Shown here piece by piece: positions 1 through 12,400 of a stretch of DNA of 51,388 nucleotides. The DNA is taken from positions 513,863 through 565,250 of the forward strand of contig NC_069000.1 of NCBI RefSeq assembly GCF_001194135.2. The letters are read 5' to 3'. Source of the DNA: Octopus bimaculoides (taxonomy: Eukaryota). Under the pieces are notes generated by a model. The model made no database searches, was not told the DNA's origin, and saw only the letters and a program-made list of their open reading frames with translations. The translations under genes were made by a program, and so were the position numbers. The first letter of the stretch is position 1. The number at the start of each line of letters is the position of its first letter.

Positions 1-2224
1 AACCTGCCGTTTCCTCGCCGTCTTGCTTGTTCTCCTCTTCTACAATGACCTCTCTACTCCTCCGAATTGCTAAGACTCGTGTCACCGTCACTAAATACTC
101 CCGATTCCTTCGTTCCACCTCTTCTCCTACTCATATTATGTCCACCCTCTGACCACGACGAACAGTTCCTCCTTCCGAGAAAGTCTAGTCTTTGAAATTC
201 CTTCTCTACCAAGCTTCTTTTTTTTTTTTTCTGCATCGATATTGGAGTGATTCTGAAGACCATGGCCACATCTCCTTCCTCTAGGCTAAACCATGAATAA
301 GCCAAACCTATTATATACTATATTTAATTCACCCATGCAACAAAATATTGTCTAATAGCAACACTCGATTATTCCCAGTCAGCTGCATCCATCATAGAAA
401 AGACGAATTAGCGAAGGAGCTTGAGCAGTTAACTCGACTGTATCGAAATGATGGAAAAACTTCATTTCAATCATAACCTAACCATTGAGAAGAAAAAAAA
501 AAGCAGGGACAAATTTGATAGTTTTGAATTGGTTGGAGCTGCGGAGGGGAAGCGATAGAGATTTAGGGTTGAGGTATCTTTGATCATAGATATAAGTCTA
601 CTCAATCAAGCGTGACCTGGAGCGAGACAATACAATCATTAAAATAAAAGAACGTAGATCGAAATTGAATCCAACTCTTTTATATCGGGACCCTTAAATT
701 TTCTCTGCAGCAAGTCGGGGATCGTTTCGTTTTAATCGTTTATAAAAGACTAAAATCTTCGCTTTTCCGTAAGAATTGATATATATTAAAAAGGTTTGCC
801 TGTTGGCTTGTTTGTGCCTCAGAGATGATTTGAACTCGGTACTTCCAACTAACGAAACTAATTTCACTTGGTCCAACGAGGGAACGTCAACGTGTTCACT
901 TGACCTGCTGGAAATAGCAGTCCGTTCGTCACTCAATTCATACCTTTGTGTCTTAAAAACGAAGGAACTGTGTCTGAATAAAAAACGGTATGGTCATGAT
1001 GGACGGCCTTTGATCTGAAGTCTGCCAGACGAAGACTGAACTGTAGCTAAACAACAACAAACCAATAGGAGAACCTCTGCAACCGAGACAAATCTCACTC
1101 AAGTCATACTCCACCGTCTTTTAAAAGATGGACACATTGCAGAGAGCAAGGAGGGACGATTGCCACTTAGAGCTAGCAACCAGAACTGTTTATACAACAA
1201 CACAGCATCGTTGACGAGATACGAACTCTCAATCAATCTATCCACAATCTCCTATAAATTCCATCTCTTTTCGTCAGCGGTCGTAATTTCCCGTCATCCA
1301 TTCTTTTACCTTTTTTCAAAAGTAAAAGAAGCAAAAAAGATGGCGTCCTTTTTCGTCGTCAGACATACAGTGTCTTATGAAAACTAAAACACTGTCAGAA
1401 TATCTGTAACTTCGACAACCAAAGATAACTAGCCATGAAATTCGAACATTTTTTCATGGATTATATCTCAAACATCTGTTGCATCAGTGATAACTTGCTG
1501 TTAGACTACAAAGAAATGGTACCCACCCTGGGACGGACATTGTTTTCACTACATGTCAGTGTTTCATATTTTCCTTTTTCCTCGCAACTAACTTGGGCAG
1601 TCTTTGATAATAGCGTACCACTTTTACTTTCTCAAATTTTAGCTAACTTTTCCTTTGGTGGCCGTCAAAGAATTTCTTTTTTTTTTTTTTGTTTTCTTGT
1701 TATCGCTTAATTTGTCGTAGAAAATATTTTGTGATGCAATTAAAAATTTTTGTTTTTTAAGATGGAAGGTTTGTGACTATCAAATTGGTTAGAATTTTTT
1801 GTTCATGTTTGTATTGTTTAAGATGGAAATGCATGATTAGCGAGAGATTCTATTGTGATTTGTAACTAACTGAGCAACCACTAAAACTCGATTGTGAAAT
1901 AAATTACTGGAAAATGAACAGCAAAATTTCTACACTTTTCCATCTTAAACAACGAGCTAGCCTCCAACACTGTTTAAATAGTAATCTCCTGCAGCCTACC
2001 AACTTCTACCAACTAAATCTGAGAAAGTGAAAGTAGCACGTTATACTCCAAGATCATTGTAGCTTTGGTTTAACGCCATCCCTTACTAACATTAAAAATA
2101 CGGAGCTTTTGGTTTTGTTTCCCATGTGATTGTTGTCATCATTCTGGGACATCAAATTAAGATTACGTCTTTGATTTGATTAACATTTTTTTTTTAATTA
2201 CGACTGTAGTCTAGAAGTTTGCTT

Positions 2225-2480
2225 CTGCGATCACATGATTTCAGATTCAGTTTCACTGCACCGCACCTGCGCAAGTGTTTTCCATTATAACTCTGGACTG
2301 CTTAAACCCTTTGTGGGTAGGTTTCATTGACGGAAACTCAAAAAAGGTCTTTGTGTCGTATGTGTGTGGAGCTAAAAGCGGTGACATTGTCATTTGCCTT
2401 ATCAACAAATCGTCCGCGGGCTTTACACTTCTAAAACGTATTAAATTAGAGATTCCTTGCTTGAAAAAAAACAAAGGTTA
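2225..2480 (+). promoter_or_regulatory. candidate USP promoter / 5' UTR exon
   Basis: TCACATGA E-box variant (2231-2238), GCACCTGCGCA (2263-2273), donor AAAG|GTTAGT at 2477, CpG retained. Confidence 0.35.
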
Positions 2481-3080
2481 GTGAGAGGAAGAGCATCCAG
2501 TTGTAAAACAATACTTTCGTAATATATTCGTCTTACGCATGCTGGCATGGAAAAAAAAAACGGGCAGGAAACGAAAGAAAAATAGTTTGATACGTCTATC
2601 CTCGTTTATTACGAGTGTTTGGTCTTCTTCCCCATCCCCCCACCCCCAAAAAAACACCGTCTTAAATGAATCGGTGATGAATGAATAACAGGGGAAAGAA
2701 AGGGTTTCGTTTTGAAAACCCAAGTTGTCCCCTAACTTATCCAAATAACACCTCAAAACAGTTGTTAAACACAGTGCTATTTATTGTTTGATGGTTGGAA
2801 TAATATTTAAAGTAAAGTCTTATAACACATGACCAGTAAATAATAAATTTGTGTCGTTAAGGCCAGGCACCGTCGTGTTTCGTCTGTTTACTGGTGGCAT
2901 GTTGATGGATACGGAGAGGTGAATGCACACACAAAAACGAGCAACTTCACAGCACAGTGATAGAAACACAGTGCATTTTGAGTGGCCGAGCATTACGGAT
3001 GGATGGTCATTGGAGTGTGCTTTTGCAGACCAAGCAGAATCTTTGACTGATCGCTGACCCGTGTTATCGGAGATCAATTT

Positions 3081-3098
3081 ATGACGAGTGTAACACAG
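3081..3098 (+). CDS. candidate USP start exon end, MTSVTQ
   Basis: ATG ACG AGT GTA ACA CAG|gttcgc, a phase-0 donor compatible with exon 4236; upstream acceptor cttttgcag at ~3029. One of several candidates. Confidence 0.35.
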
Positions 3099-4235
3099 GT
3101 TCGCAATTGAGCAGGATCAGTGATGAATAGCTGTGATGATCAACTGTTGCTCAAATTTTGATTTTCTTGCTTTGCTTATGCATTTCGTCATTGAACAGAT
3201 ACTGTTCCACTGGAGCCTTTCTCAAATCCCCATTTCTGTCATTATTGTTCTCTCTTTGTTTAAGACTGTAGTGTGTGATTTGATATAGACATAGCTGCTC
3301 TTTCTAGCAGTTCAAGCAACCTCATACAAGCTTCTTTTTCTCTAGTTCCTCGAAGAATTCTAGGCTGTATTAATGGTAATTTTTCCCAGTCAGACACCAA
3401 TCCTGCCACATACCTTTTTCAAGTCATCACATTTTTATTTCTTTCATTCATATTTTCTTACTGAATCATGGCCAGGGATGGTATTGAACATTTCATGTAG
3501 CATATACCCCTTTTCATAGACTGGGGGTGGAATTACACCTTGGAATATTACGAGTTCTTTGGCAGAGGAAACATTTATACTTGTGGCTAATATAGCAGTC
3601 AAACGCCTTAGTAATTTGTAGGGATTAAGGTGAATCTATCAAGGAGGCTTCTACATTTTTGCTCAACCTGCTAGATATAGCAGCCAAATTCTCCGGAATC
3701 ATACTTTGTAGTTTTAAAGGAAGTGTATATTGGATAATACACAGCCAACAATATACTTTAATTGATGATCAGAGGTCTTCTCCAACTGTTGTCATCAGAG
3801 GAAATTTTTTCTGGACAGCTGCCAGCTTTCTAAAATCTCGGAGATCAGTAACACTGGCTTGGATGGATAGTTTCCCTTTGCCCCATAGTTCAGTCACTCA
3901 CTATGAGCCACAGTCACAGTTAGGATCCCCCAATATTTATTGTTGACCCTAAGCATTCCTAGCACAGCATTTGAGGCTAATGATGTTGCTCTTTGTCAGG
4001 ACTGAGTGACAGAGTTATTGATCTTGTTGCTCACCCTCAGATCAACTCAGATCAAACAAACATCTGATCAAAAGCATTCCAGCTGTGACCATCCCCATTT
4101 TCCCTAGAATCTACGACTACAGTATCTGTACATCATCCGCATGACATCCAATCCATGTCATTAACTCATTTCAGTTATTCCTTTCAGCTCAGTTTTTTCT
4201 TTGTCATTGTCTTCCATTCTCTCCTTTCTTTTCAG

Positions 4236-4292
4236 GTCAATAAGATAGATGATCTTGATGGAATGGTTGGCCTTCAAAACCTCGGAAACACG
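4236..4292 (+). CDS. USP exon VNKIDDLDGMVGLQNLGNT
   Basis: ttttcag| acceptor, |gttcgt donor, phase 0/0; first half of the Cys box. Confidence 0.92.
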
Positions 4293-7200
4293 GTTCGTAA
4301 GAACAACCAAACTTTTCTTTTGCTACAATTTGCTCCTTTTTTTTTTTTCCATTTATTTATTCACTTACTTTTTGTTCGTTTGTGTGTTCTCGTTGACTTG
4401 CAATTATATCTGCCTTCTTCACATACATCTGTATGTGTGCTTCTATAATTATGTATATATGCTGATACACATGTTTATAAATAATCATACACACACACAT
4501 ACAATTTTGTGTGTGTGTGTGTATAAACTGGCACTCTTTTTCATACACAAACACTGCTTTTTATACACATGTATTTCTATACATATAAAGACTACACCTA
4601 CAAACATTTTTATACATATATATATATACAGATGACTTTAAAACATTTAATAACTTTTAAAACCTTAAATAAAAATTGGGAAAATGAACACGTTTTGGAT
4701 GTGGAATAAAGTTAATATGTAACAAGCTTATATAACATTATATACACATTCTATGTACACGTTACAAGTAATAAACATTACATTTTATTGATATTAATAT
4801 GCATGACAATGTATAAGATGTAGGTGGTGGTGGTGGTGAAGTTCTTAGAATATCAGCCATGATACTTTGCATCTGTTTGTGTTTTGATAGAAACACATGT
4901 GATACTTGTATGAAGATGGATTGGCCCTAGATGTTCCCTTTGGAAAAAATCAAGGGCTAATACAAGTGTGGAGAGGGAGGAGAGACTTCCATGAAGGGAC
5001 ATCTGCTGGGGCTTGCATAATAAAAAAATGATGATGATGATGATAATTTGATAATAACAAGCTTACTGTATGCAATGCTCAGGTGTGCAGTATAACTCAA
5101 CAGAAAGGGCTAAAAAAGGGGACAGAAAGCAGACATAGAAGTGAAGGAGAGAAAAGAAACAGTAATGGAAGCAAAAAAAATACATGTAGAGGGGACAGAA
5201 TAAGACACAGAAATAGAGAAAAGGGAAGATTAAAAGAGGAACAAGGTGGGTAGGCATGTCAGGAGTGGTGTTGGGGAATTTTGGGAAGCATAGAATCTTT
5301 GGATGGATGCAGTGTCTTGACAGTTAACAAGTGATGTGAGTAATTTATTCAATACTTTAAGATGTTTCTAAAATTCATGGGTTGTGAGCTGTTTTGAGAT
5401 TTTATGAGCAGAGTTTTTAGCAGAATTCACTCTCCTCAAAAAATTTGGATCAGATCTTTGCCTTGAGGACAACTTTCACCATTCCTCCAATTGGTCTTGG
5501 AGGGTCTAAAAAATGTTTAGGCCCAACCATTCTTCTTCTCTCAAAGCAATAAAGTATCAAAAACATTCCGAAAGAAATTTGGTGGTGGGGGTCACATTGA
5601 AGAAAGCTTTCTTTTCAAGTAATACATTGTTAAACCCTCAACTTTTCTCTTCCGTTTTAGTGTTTCATGAACAGTATTCTCCAGTGTCTGAACAAATCCC
5701 CTTTGCTGCTGAACTACATAATCAGTGACCACTACAAACTGGACATTGCCAAACCAGGGGCTGCCCGCTTTGAAGGAAATTTTTTAAGAGGTACATTCCA
5801 TCTATGATGTATTTATGTAGATGTTGTTCTCTAACTGTAGTCATTCCCCCTGCCCCCGCCTCCAGCAACTCCACCAAGTACCATATTCACCACCACCATC
5901 CTCATTCATGTCACAGCCTCTCAAAAATCACTTTCCCAGCACTACTAGCATCATTGTTACCACCACCACCACCACCGTCTGCACCCTTAGCTCACTCACC
6001 TTGAAATTCAACTTCTGAGAAACTTCTACATGGTTGCTTGACTTGCTAGCAGTAGCAACCAAATCTCCCTCATATCATATGCTACCATCTTGAAAAAGGA
6101 CATTGGATAATTATGGTTTTGAGTTCTCTGTACATTGGGAAATGGTAGGATGGTCACAGCTGGAGAGCCTTTGATCACAGGTCTGCTGACCTGGGAATTA
6201 AACAAACCCTACCCCAATTATTCTTTGTTTGTATTGAATGCCTAAATTCCTTGTTTGTATATTCAAATGTGTGTGTGTGTGTGTGTGTGTGTGTTGTGCA
6301 TTTATGGAGTTTGGAAAGATTGCCTGGAAACAGAAGGCAAGCTATACAAGCTTGTCAGTTTATTGTTTCCACAGCATGAAACCAGCAGTAACTGGGATTT
6401 AAATACTGTGTGTGTACTAAATGCTCTGTCTGCCTTTTATATATTTTCAGCCTTTTCTGAAGTGATGAAAAAGTTGTGGACATCCCGAATGGAAGTCACA
6501 CCAGCTGTGTTTAGAAGCAGTATTAAAAAATTAAATAGTATTTACCAAGGTTTTGGGTAAGTTCCTCTCTGCTTTCTTTTCAGTTTTGTAAATTCTTTAT
6601 TTAACGTTTCAAATTAACTTTAGGTTTTAGCTTTCAGGAATTATTGACATTTATGTCCTCTAGACCTTGGTATAGGGGAAACATTGTGAGTCCCTTATTT
6701 CCTTTAAGTAATTGTGTGTATGTGTGTGCGTGTTACAGCCCTCTCTCTCCCTCCAGCTGTCATGCTTTTGAGATTCTGCCGGACCAAGGAGGTGTTTAGG
6801 TCTGCTTGTGATTGTGTGGCCACCAGAAACAGGATTGAAGCCACACTGCTACAAACACGCATACTTTATTGTGAATTGATGACAGAGCATGTGTCTGTAT
6901 GCACTTACACACCTAACAATTTTTTGTATTTACTGTTTGTTTATTTCTTTCTTTTTTTTTCCCAATAGCCAAGAAGATGCCCATGAGTTCTACAATCACC
7001 TGATCAATGGCTTACATGAAGAACTTGACACAACGAAGAAATCCGGACCCAAAGGGTACCCGAATACTATTCTACTTTTATTGCATAGACATTTCTAATC
7101 TAGAAAAGTAACCATCCTTGCTGTTGACATATAACAAAAGGTCTTTTGAGGTAGGGAGTAGGGGAGGGGATGAACAGTAAATTGACCCCTATATGTCTTT

Positions 7201-9248
7201 TAGCAACCCAAGAAGAATGAAGAGTAAAGCTGAATTCTGTGCAAGACCCGTTTTATCTTTCGTCTTTGATAAAATATGTACATCTCAAGTAGAGGGGTCA
7301 GGGTAATGAAGTACACCATGAGGCCTTGTACCGATGTTAGAAATCCATCTTGGGATTAAAGATACAGATAGGTTGCTATGGTAATATATAAGGTAAACAG
7401 ATGATGCATGCTGGGTAAGAAGTTTTTTAAAGTTGATATTCCATGACAAGTAATCCCTAGAAAAAAAGCACTCAATCCATGTTGTAAAATGGTTGGCATT
7501 AGGAAGAGCATCCAGCTGTAGGAACCATGCCAAAGCAGACACTGGGGCTTAATGCAGTCCTTGAATACATTAGATCCTGTCAAACCATCCAACCCATACC
7601 AGCATAGAACATGAATGTTAAATGATGATGATGATGATGATGATATATTCTTTTTTTCTTTCCAGGATCAACCATGCATCTTGGTATGACTTCTGTAAAG
7701 GTGACACTAAAATTACAGGTAACCCTTGCTTCTTCTTATCAGAATTATAGGGAGTCAAGCCCACAGAGTGTCAGGATAGCAAAATGAAGGAAGACCAACT
7801 GTGATAAATGTATCGTTGACTTCCCAATAGAACTCAACCGCCCCCCCCCTCCTTCCATGGCTTGTTGGTAATTGAACAAGAGAACCACACACAGTTATTT
7901 CCCTTAGTATGAACCGTCTTCCACTGGTTTTATTTATTTATTTATTTATATAACTGCATATGTGGGTAGGTGGGTGGGTGTTTTGTTGGTTCAAATGACT
8001 TTAGACCTGGATACTTTGCTAACACCACCACCACCCCTCGACACATCAGTCGAGTAAACTGCAGCAAGCAGAACAGTGGACCACAACACAATGAATGTAC
8101 ATTTGAACCCTTGGCTCTCTAATCCAACTCTAATCCAACCCTCTGAACCTCTTCTACCACAATTTATTAAGAAATTTTGGTGAAAGCAAAAAGTGGTTCA
8201 GTGTTTTTTTTTTTGTTTTTTTTTTTTTAATTTCTTCATGTAAGTAATTTATGCATTCTGGTGTTAACCCCACTCAATGACCCATCTCTTGCTCTGTTGC
8301 AGATATTTTCGCTATGCAGATGAAGCACAATTATGAATGTCTTGAGTGTTACTCAAAATCAACAGAGTACCACACAAGTTTTGATATGTCCTTGCCCATG
8401 AAGAAGGTAGGCTCTTCTTTTCTCATCATCTGCCTATATTACAGTATTGAACATCACTACATCACAGATATTAATCCACTATCTTCTATTGATTCTCCCG
8501 GTCCACCATAGATACTAAATCTGATAATCCCTCTCCCCTAATGAAGCTGTTAATCCTCTCATCCACTCTACTCCCTCCGTCACCCTTCCTTCAAGTAACC
8601 CCCATCAACTCTAATGTTCCCTTCTCACTCGTGGATTCATCTCTCTCTTTCAGGCATTCCGCACTGTAAACATGGAAGATATTATCGAAGATTTTATAGA
8701 ATCTACTTCAAATAATGTAAGTGATTTATTTGTGTCAACCAACATACAGCCGTTGTTATGGCAACACTTATGTACCGAATAGAGTGAACCAAAATAATTT
8801 CATTTAAAGATTTCCATCTCCCAGTGTGGAGAGGGAAACAGGGGGAGACGACTCCAAGATCTCAGTCAAGTTTGTTGTTGTTGTTTAGGTTCAAGTATGC
8901 CTTGAACAAACAGAACTATAATAGAAGGCATCCCTATGTCCACTCCACATTGTTTTTTTAGGTATTGTGTACCTTGGACTATAAGATCCAATATGTCCTT
9001 TTTAAGATGTTATTAAGATTTTAAACCACTCATTACTATATTAAGTAATTTAAGGAACCCCCTAATTTTGGGGGCTTAAAATTTTGAAAAAAGGTTTTGT
9101 AAGGGATTATAATACTATCCATGGATAAGAAACTCCCATATTTTTTTAACCTAATTTTTGACAAAAAAGTTTCCTCATACACATTAAAATACGGTATACA
9201 CCATTATTTAACATAACATTTGTGTTCCATGCTGGCTTGAGCTGTACT

Positions 9249-9294
<46 letters not shown>

Positions 9295-9426
9295 NNNNNN
9301 NNNNNNNNNNNNNNNNNNNNNNNNNNNNNNNNNNNNNNNNNNNNNNNNNNNNNNNNNNNNNNNNNNNNNNNNNNNNNNNNNNNNNNNNNNNNNNNNNNNN
9401 NNNNNNNNNNNNNNNNNNNNNNNNNN

Positions 9427-9491
<65 letters not shown>

Positions 9492-12400
9492 TATTTTTTT
9501 TCTCTTTTCCAGATGTGCAAGAAATGTTCCAAACTAACTCTACATAATTGTAAAAAAGAATTTGTTCATTTACCTGAAGTATTAGTTTTATGTATCCTTT
9601 TTCTGACAAAAGAAGATGGTGGAAGAATAACTCTGAGTGAATAGGGGGTTGGACTTGTGAACCCCTGGATCTTGTGTTCAAATTCATTGCAATTAATTTG
9701 TTGTTTCAAAGCAAAACACTTCCTTTTTCAATTTTTCATAGCTTAAAAAGTTTTCATATAGGAACATAAAGGGGATATGGTGAAAGGTTTGTTTTTTGTT
9801 TTTTGTTTTTTTTTTACCTGGGAAAGGTACCTGTGACTAGTCAATACTCTTGTCTTGAAGCTAATGGAAGAGTTAACCATTCCATTACAGAGAATATAGT
9901 CATTCTATAGAATAAGTAAGCATTCCGTTACTTAACACTACAAAGGCCTGGGTTAATCACAGACTTTATAGATTTCTTTGTTCCCTCAATGAATCGACTT
10001 TATTATAATCTTTTGTAAACACACACTTTGTCACTTTACAGCTGAGCTAATGACTGTCCTGCTATCTGTGGCAAAGAGAGGGGAATCGTATAAGGGACCA
10101 TGTAATTAGTACCGGCTCGACATGTTGTATCATCTTTACTGTCCAGTGTTTTTCTCTATGCCTGATGCTGTTGTTGTTTGAGAAGGCTAATGGTATACAA
10201 TCGGTCAGCTAAATGGACAAACACTAGCCACAGATTTGTTGTTCCAGACTGACCATGCCTCTCTCATATCTGTTTAATGACCATATTATATAGTATGAAA
10301 CGGGGCAGCTATAATAATCTGGACACCTGGTATTTTCTACACTGGAGGGGAGCCAGCACAAGAGCCTCTACACAGTTGCTTGACCTGCTGGAAATAATGG
10401 CTTAATGTCCCTCAAAATTCTTACCAGTCAGTAACAAGGAATCCACACATCTTCATCATCTAATGTCGGTCTTCCATGTTGGCATGGGTGGAGTGGTTTG
10501 ACAGCAGCTGACAAACCAAAGAACTGCACCAGGCTCTCTTGTCTGTTTTGGCATGATTTCTATGGTTGGATGCCCTTCTTAACGGCAACCACTTTACAGA
10601 GTGGCACTGGGGGCTTTTTACATGGCACCAGCACCCTATTTATGTATAGAATTATAATTAAGTTATTAAAGGTGAGTTTACCTTTATTATTTTCCCCAAT
10701 AAATGTTTTTACAATTTCTTCATGAAATTAATGTTTCTTTAATGCCCCTCTATTAGTTCACAATTAATTAATTTAATGTGGTCTTCAAATGTAAAAAGAT
10801 TCTCACCACCCCACCACCACCACCACCACCATTGTCCCCTTTACATTTCCCGCCACCCTTACAGTAAGTTCTACCCTCAATCGATATTTCTAGTTCGTAC
10901 CTTGACTAACCTCTTTAGATTTCCAACGAGCCGAGAAGCTGGGTAAATTAAAAACAGAGATGCAATACCCTGTTGAAAATTTAAATTTTACGAAATATGC
11001 CATAAAAGGTAAGCTATATAAAACCAATCAAGTTAGTGTTTTCATAATTAATGTAATGAGTATTTAAAAGCTAACTGAGAAATAACTGTGTGGTGAGGAA
11101 AGAAACAACATGAACTCAATGATTGATATTAATTTTATCAGTGGATTTTTTGGTTTAATGATATTGTACATCTCGTTACTGATGTAGTTGTCACTAATTT
11201 CGTTTGTATGATGAAGTTTGATGCTTTTTTGAAGAGGTCAGAATAAGACCAAAACATATCTAAAGTTGTCTCTCATACTTGCTAAAAAGTTTTTGAAAAT
11301 CTTATTAGTATGTTATGAGCTAATATTTTCTCTTCACAGCATCAGTATTTCTGATTAGACACTAAATATATTAATACTAAATTAACTATTGTTCTTTATG
11401 CGGATGATGTCTCTGAGTGATTTTTGTTATGTTTGTTTATATGTACATAGACATATTTGTATGTGAAACTCCACAATTATGTACACATATGTGCAAATAT
11501 GGACAATTGTGTGCACACACTCAAACACAATGTATAATGTGTGTGTGTTGTTGCACATATGGCAATATTGTGGGTCATCAATATATAAGATAAAAACTCT
11601 TCAGACTATTATCCTCATTTTTAGAGATAAACATTAGATTCCATCTCTCCTTCCATCTTCCCAACATATCACTTTCTTCGATCTCCAACCATTAATTCCT
11701 CTCGAGCATCTCCTGACTGTCAACATATTACCAAACTAGACTTGAACCAGAATTCCAATTCTCCAATTATTTCACCTGTCACCTAAATTACCCAAAATAC
11801 TCAATATTTCAACAGATGCACCTCACCTGTCTAAATTACCAAATTCTTAAACACTTCCATGAAGCCTTGAATTGCCAAAACCCTAATTGAACAGTCTTTG
11901 ACTCCTTTATTCTTCAGGTAACCCTAAATTGGCCACGTATACCCTGTACGCTATTTGTCTCCATGCCGGGGACTGCGCCACAAGTGGACATTACTGGGCA
12001 GAGTGTCGGCACCCAAAGACCTCAGAATGGAACAAATACAACGACACACGGTAAGTGGACAATAACAGTAAATCCCACCATGGCAACTCCCTCCTATTTC
12101 TGTCAGGTAAAAGAAGTGGAGTGGGGGGAGTTCTATCGTAGTTTTGCTCTGGCTTGTCAGATATTTACAGAATAGACACACAGACGGACAAAGGAGCAGA
12201 GTGTAGATGTGTGGGGGGATGGCATGGCTGGAAGGGGGATGAAACCGTTTCCCCCATTCTTGCCAATCAGCTCAACAGCTGAACATGCTTCCCCAGCCTT
12301 CTTTCCTTGGCCACCTCCACAAAACATCCACCTTAAAATTGTATTATTAAGTTCCTGATGAAGGAAATCTGCAGTACAGGTTCAATTCCCAACTGAATCA

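Noticed and set aside
54-305. 83-aa minus-strand ORF at the window edge
   Set aside because: Non-ATG start, depends on a homopolymer run, no recognisable motif or splice context; a neighbouring gene here cannot be supported or excluded
3117-3200. GTGATGA x2 as possible snoRNA C boxes
   Set aside because: No CTGA D box at a suitable distance and no terminal stem
9146-9687. Five overlapping ORFs with YIYI, CVCV and ERER runs
   Set aside because: Microsatellite plus gap; only 9513-9591 is a real exon
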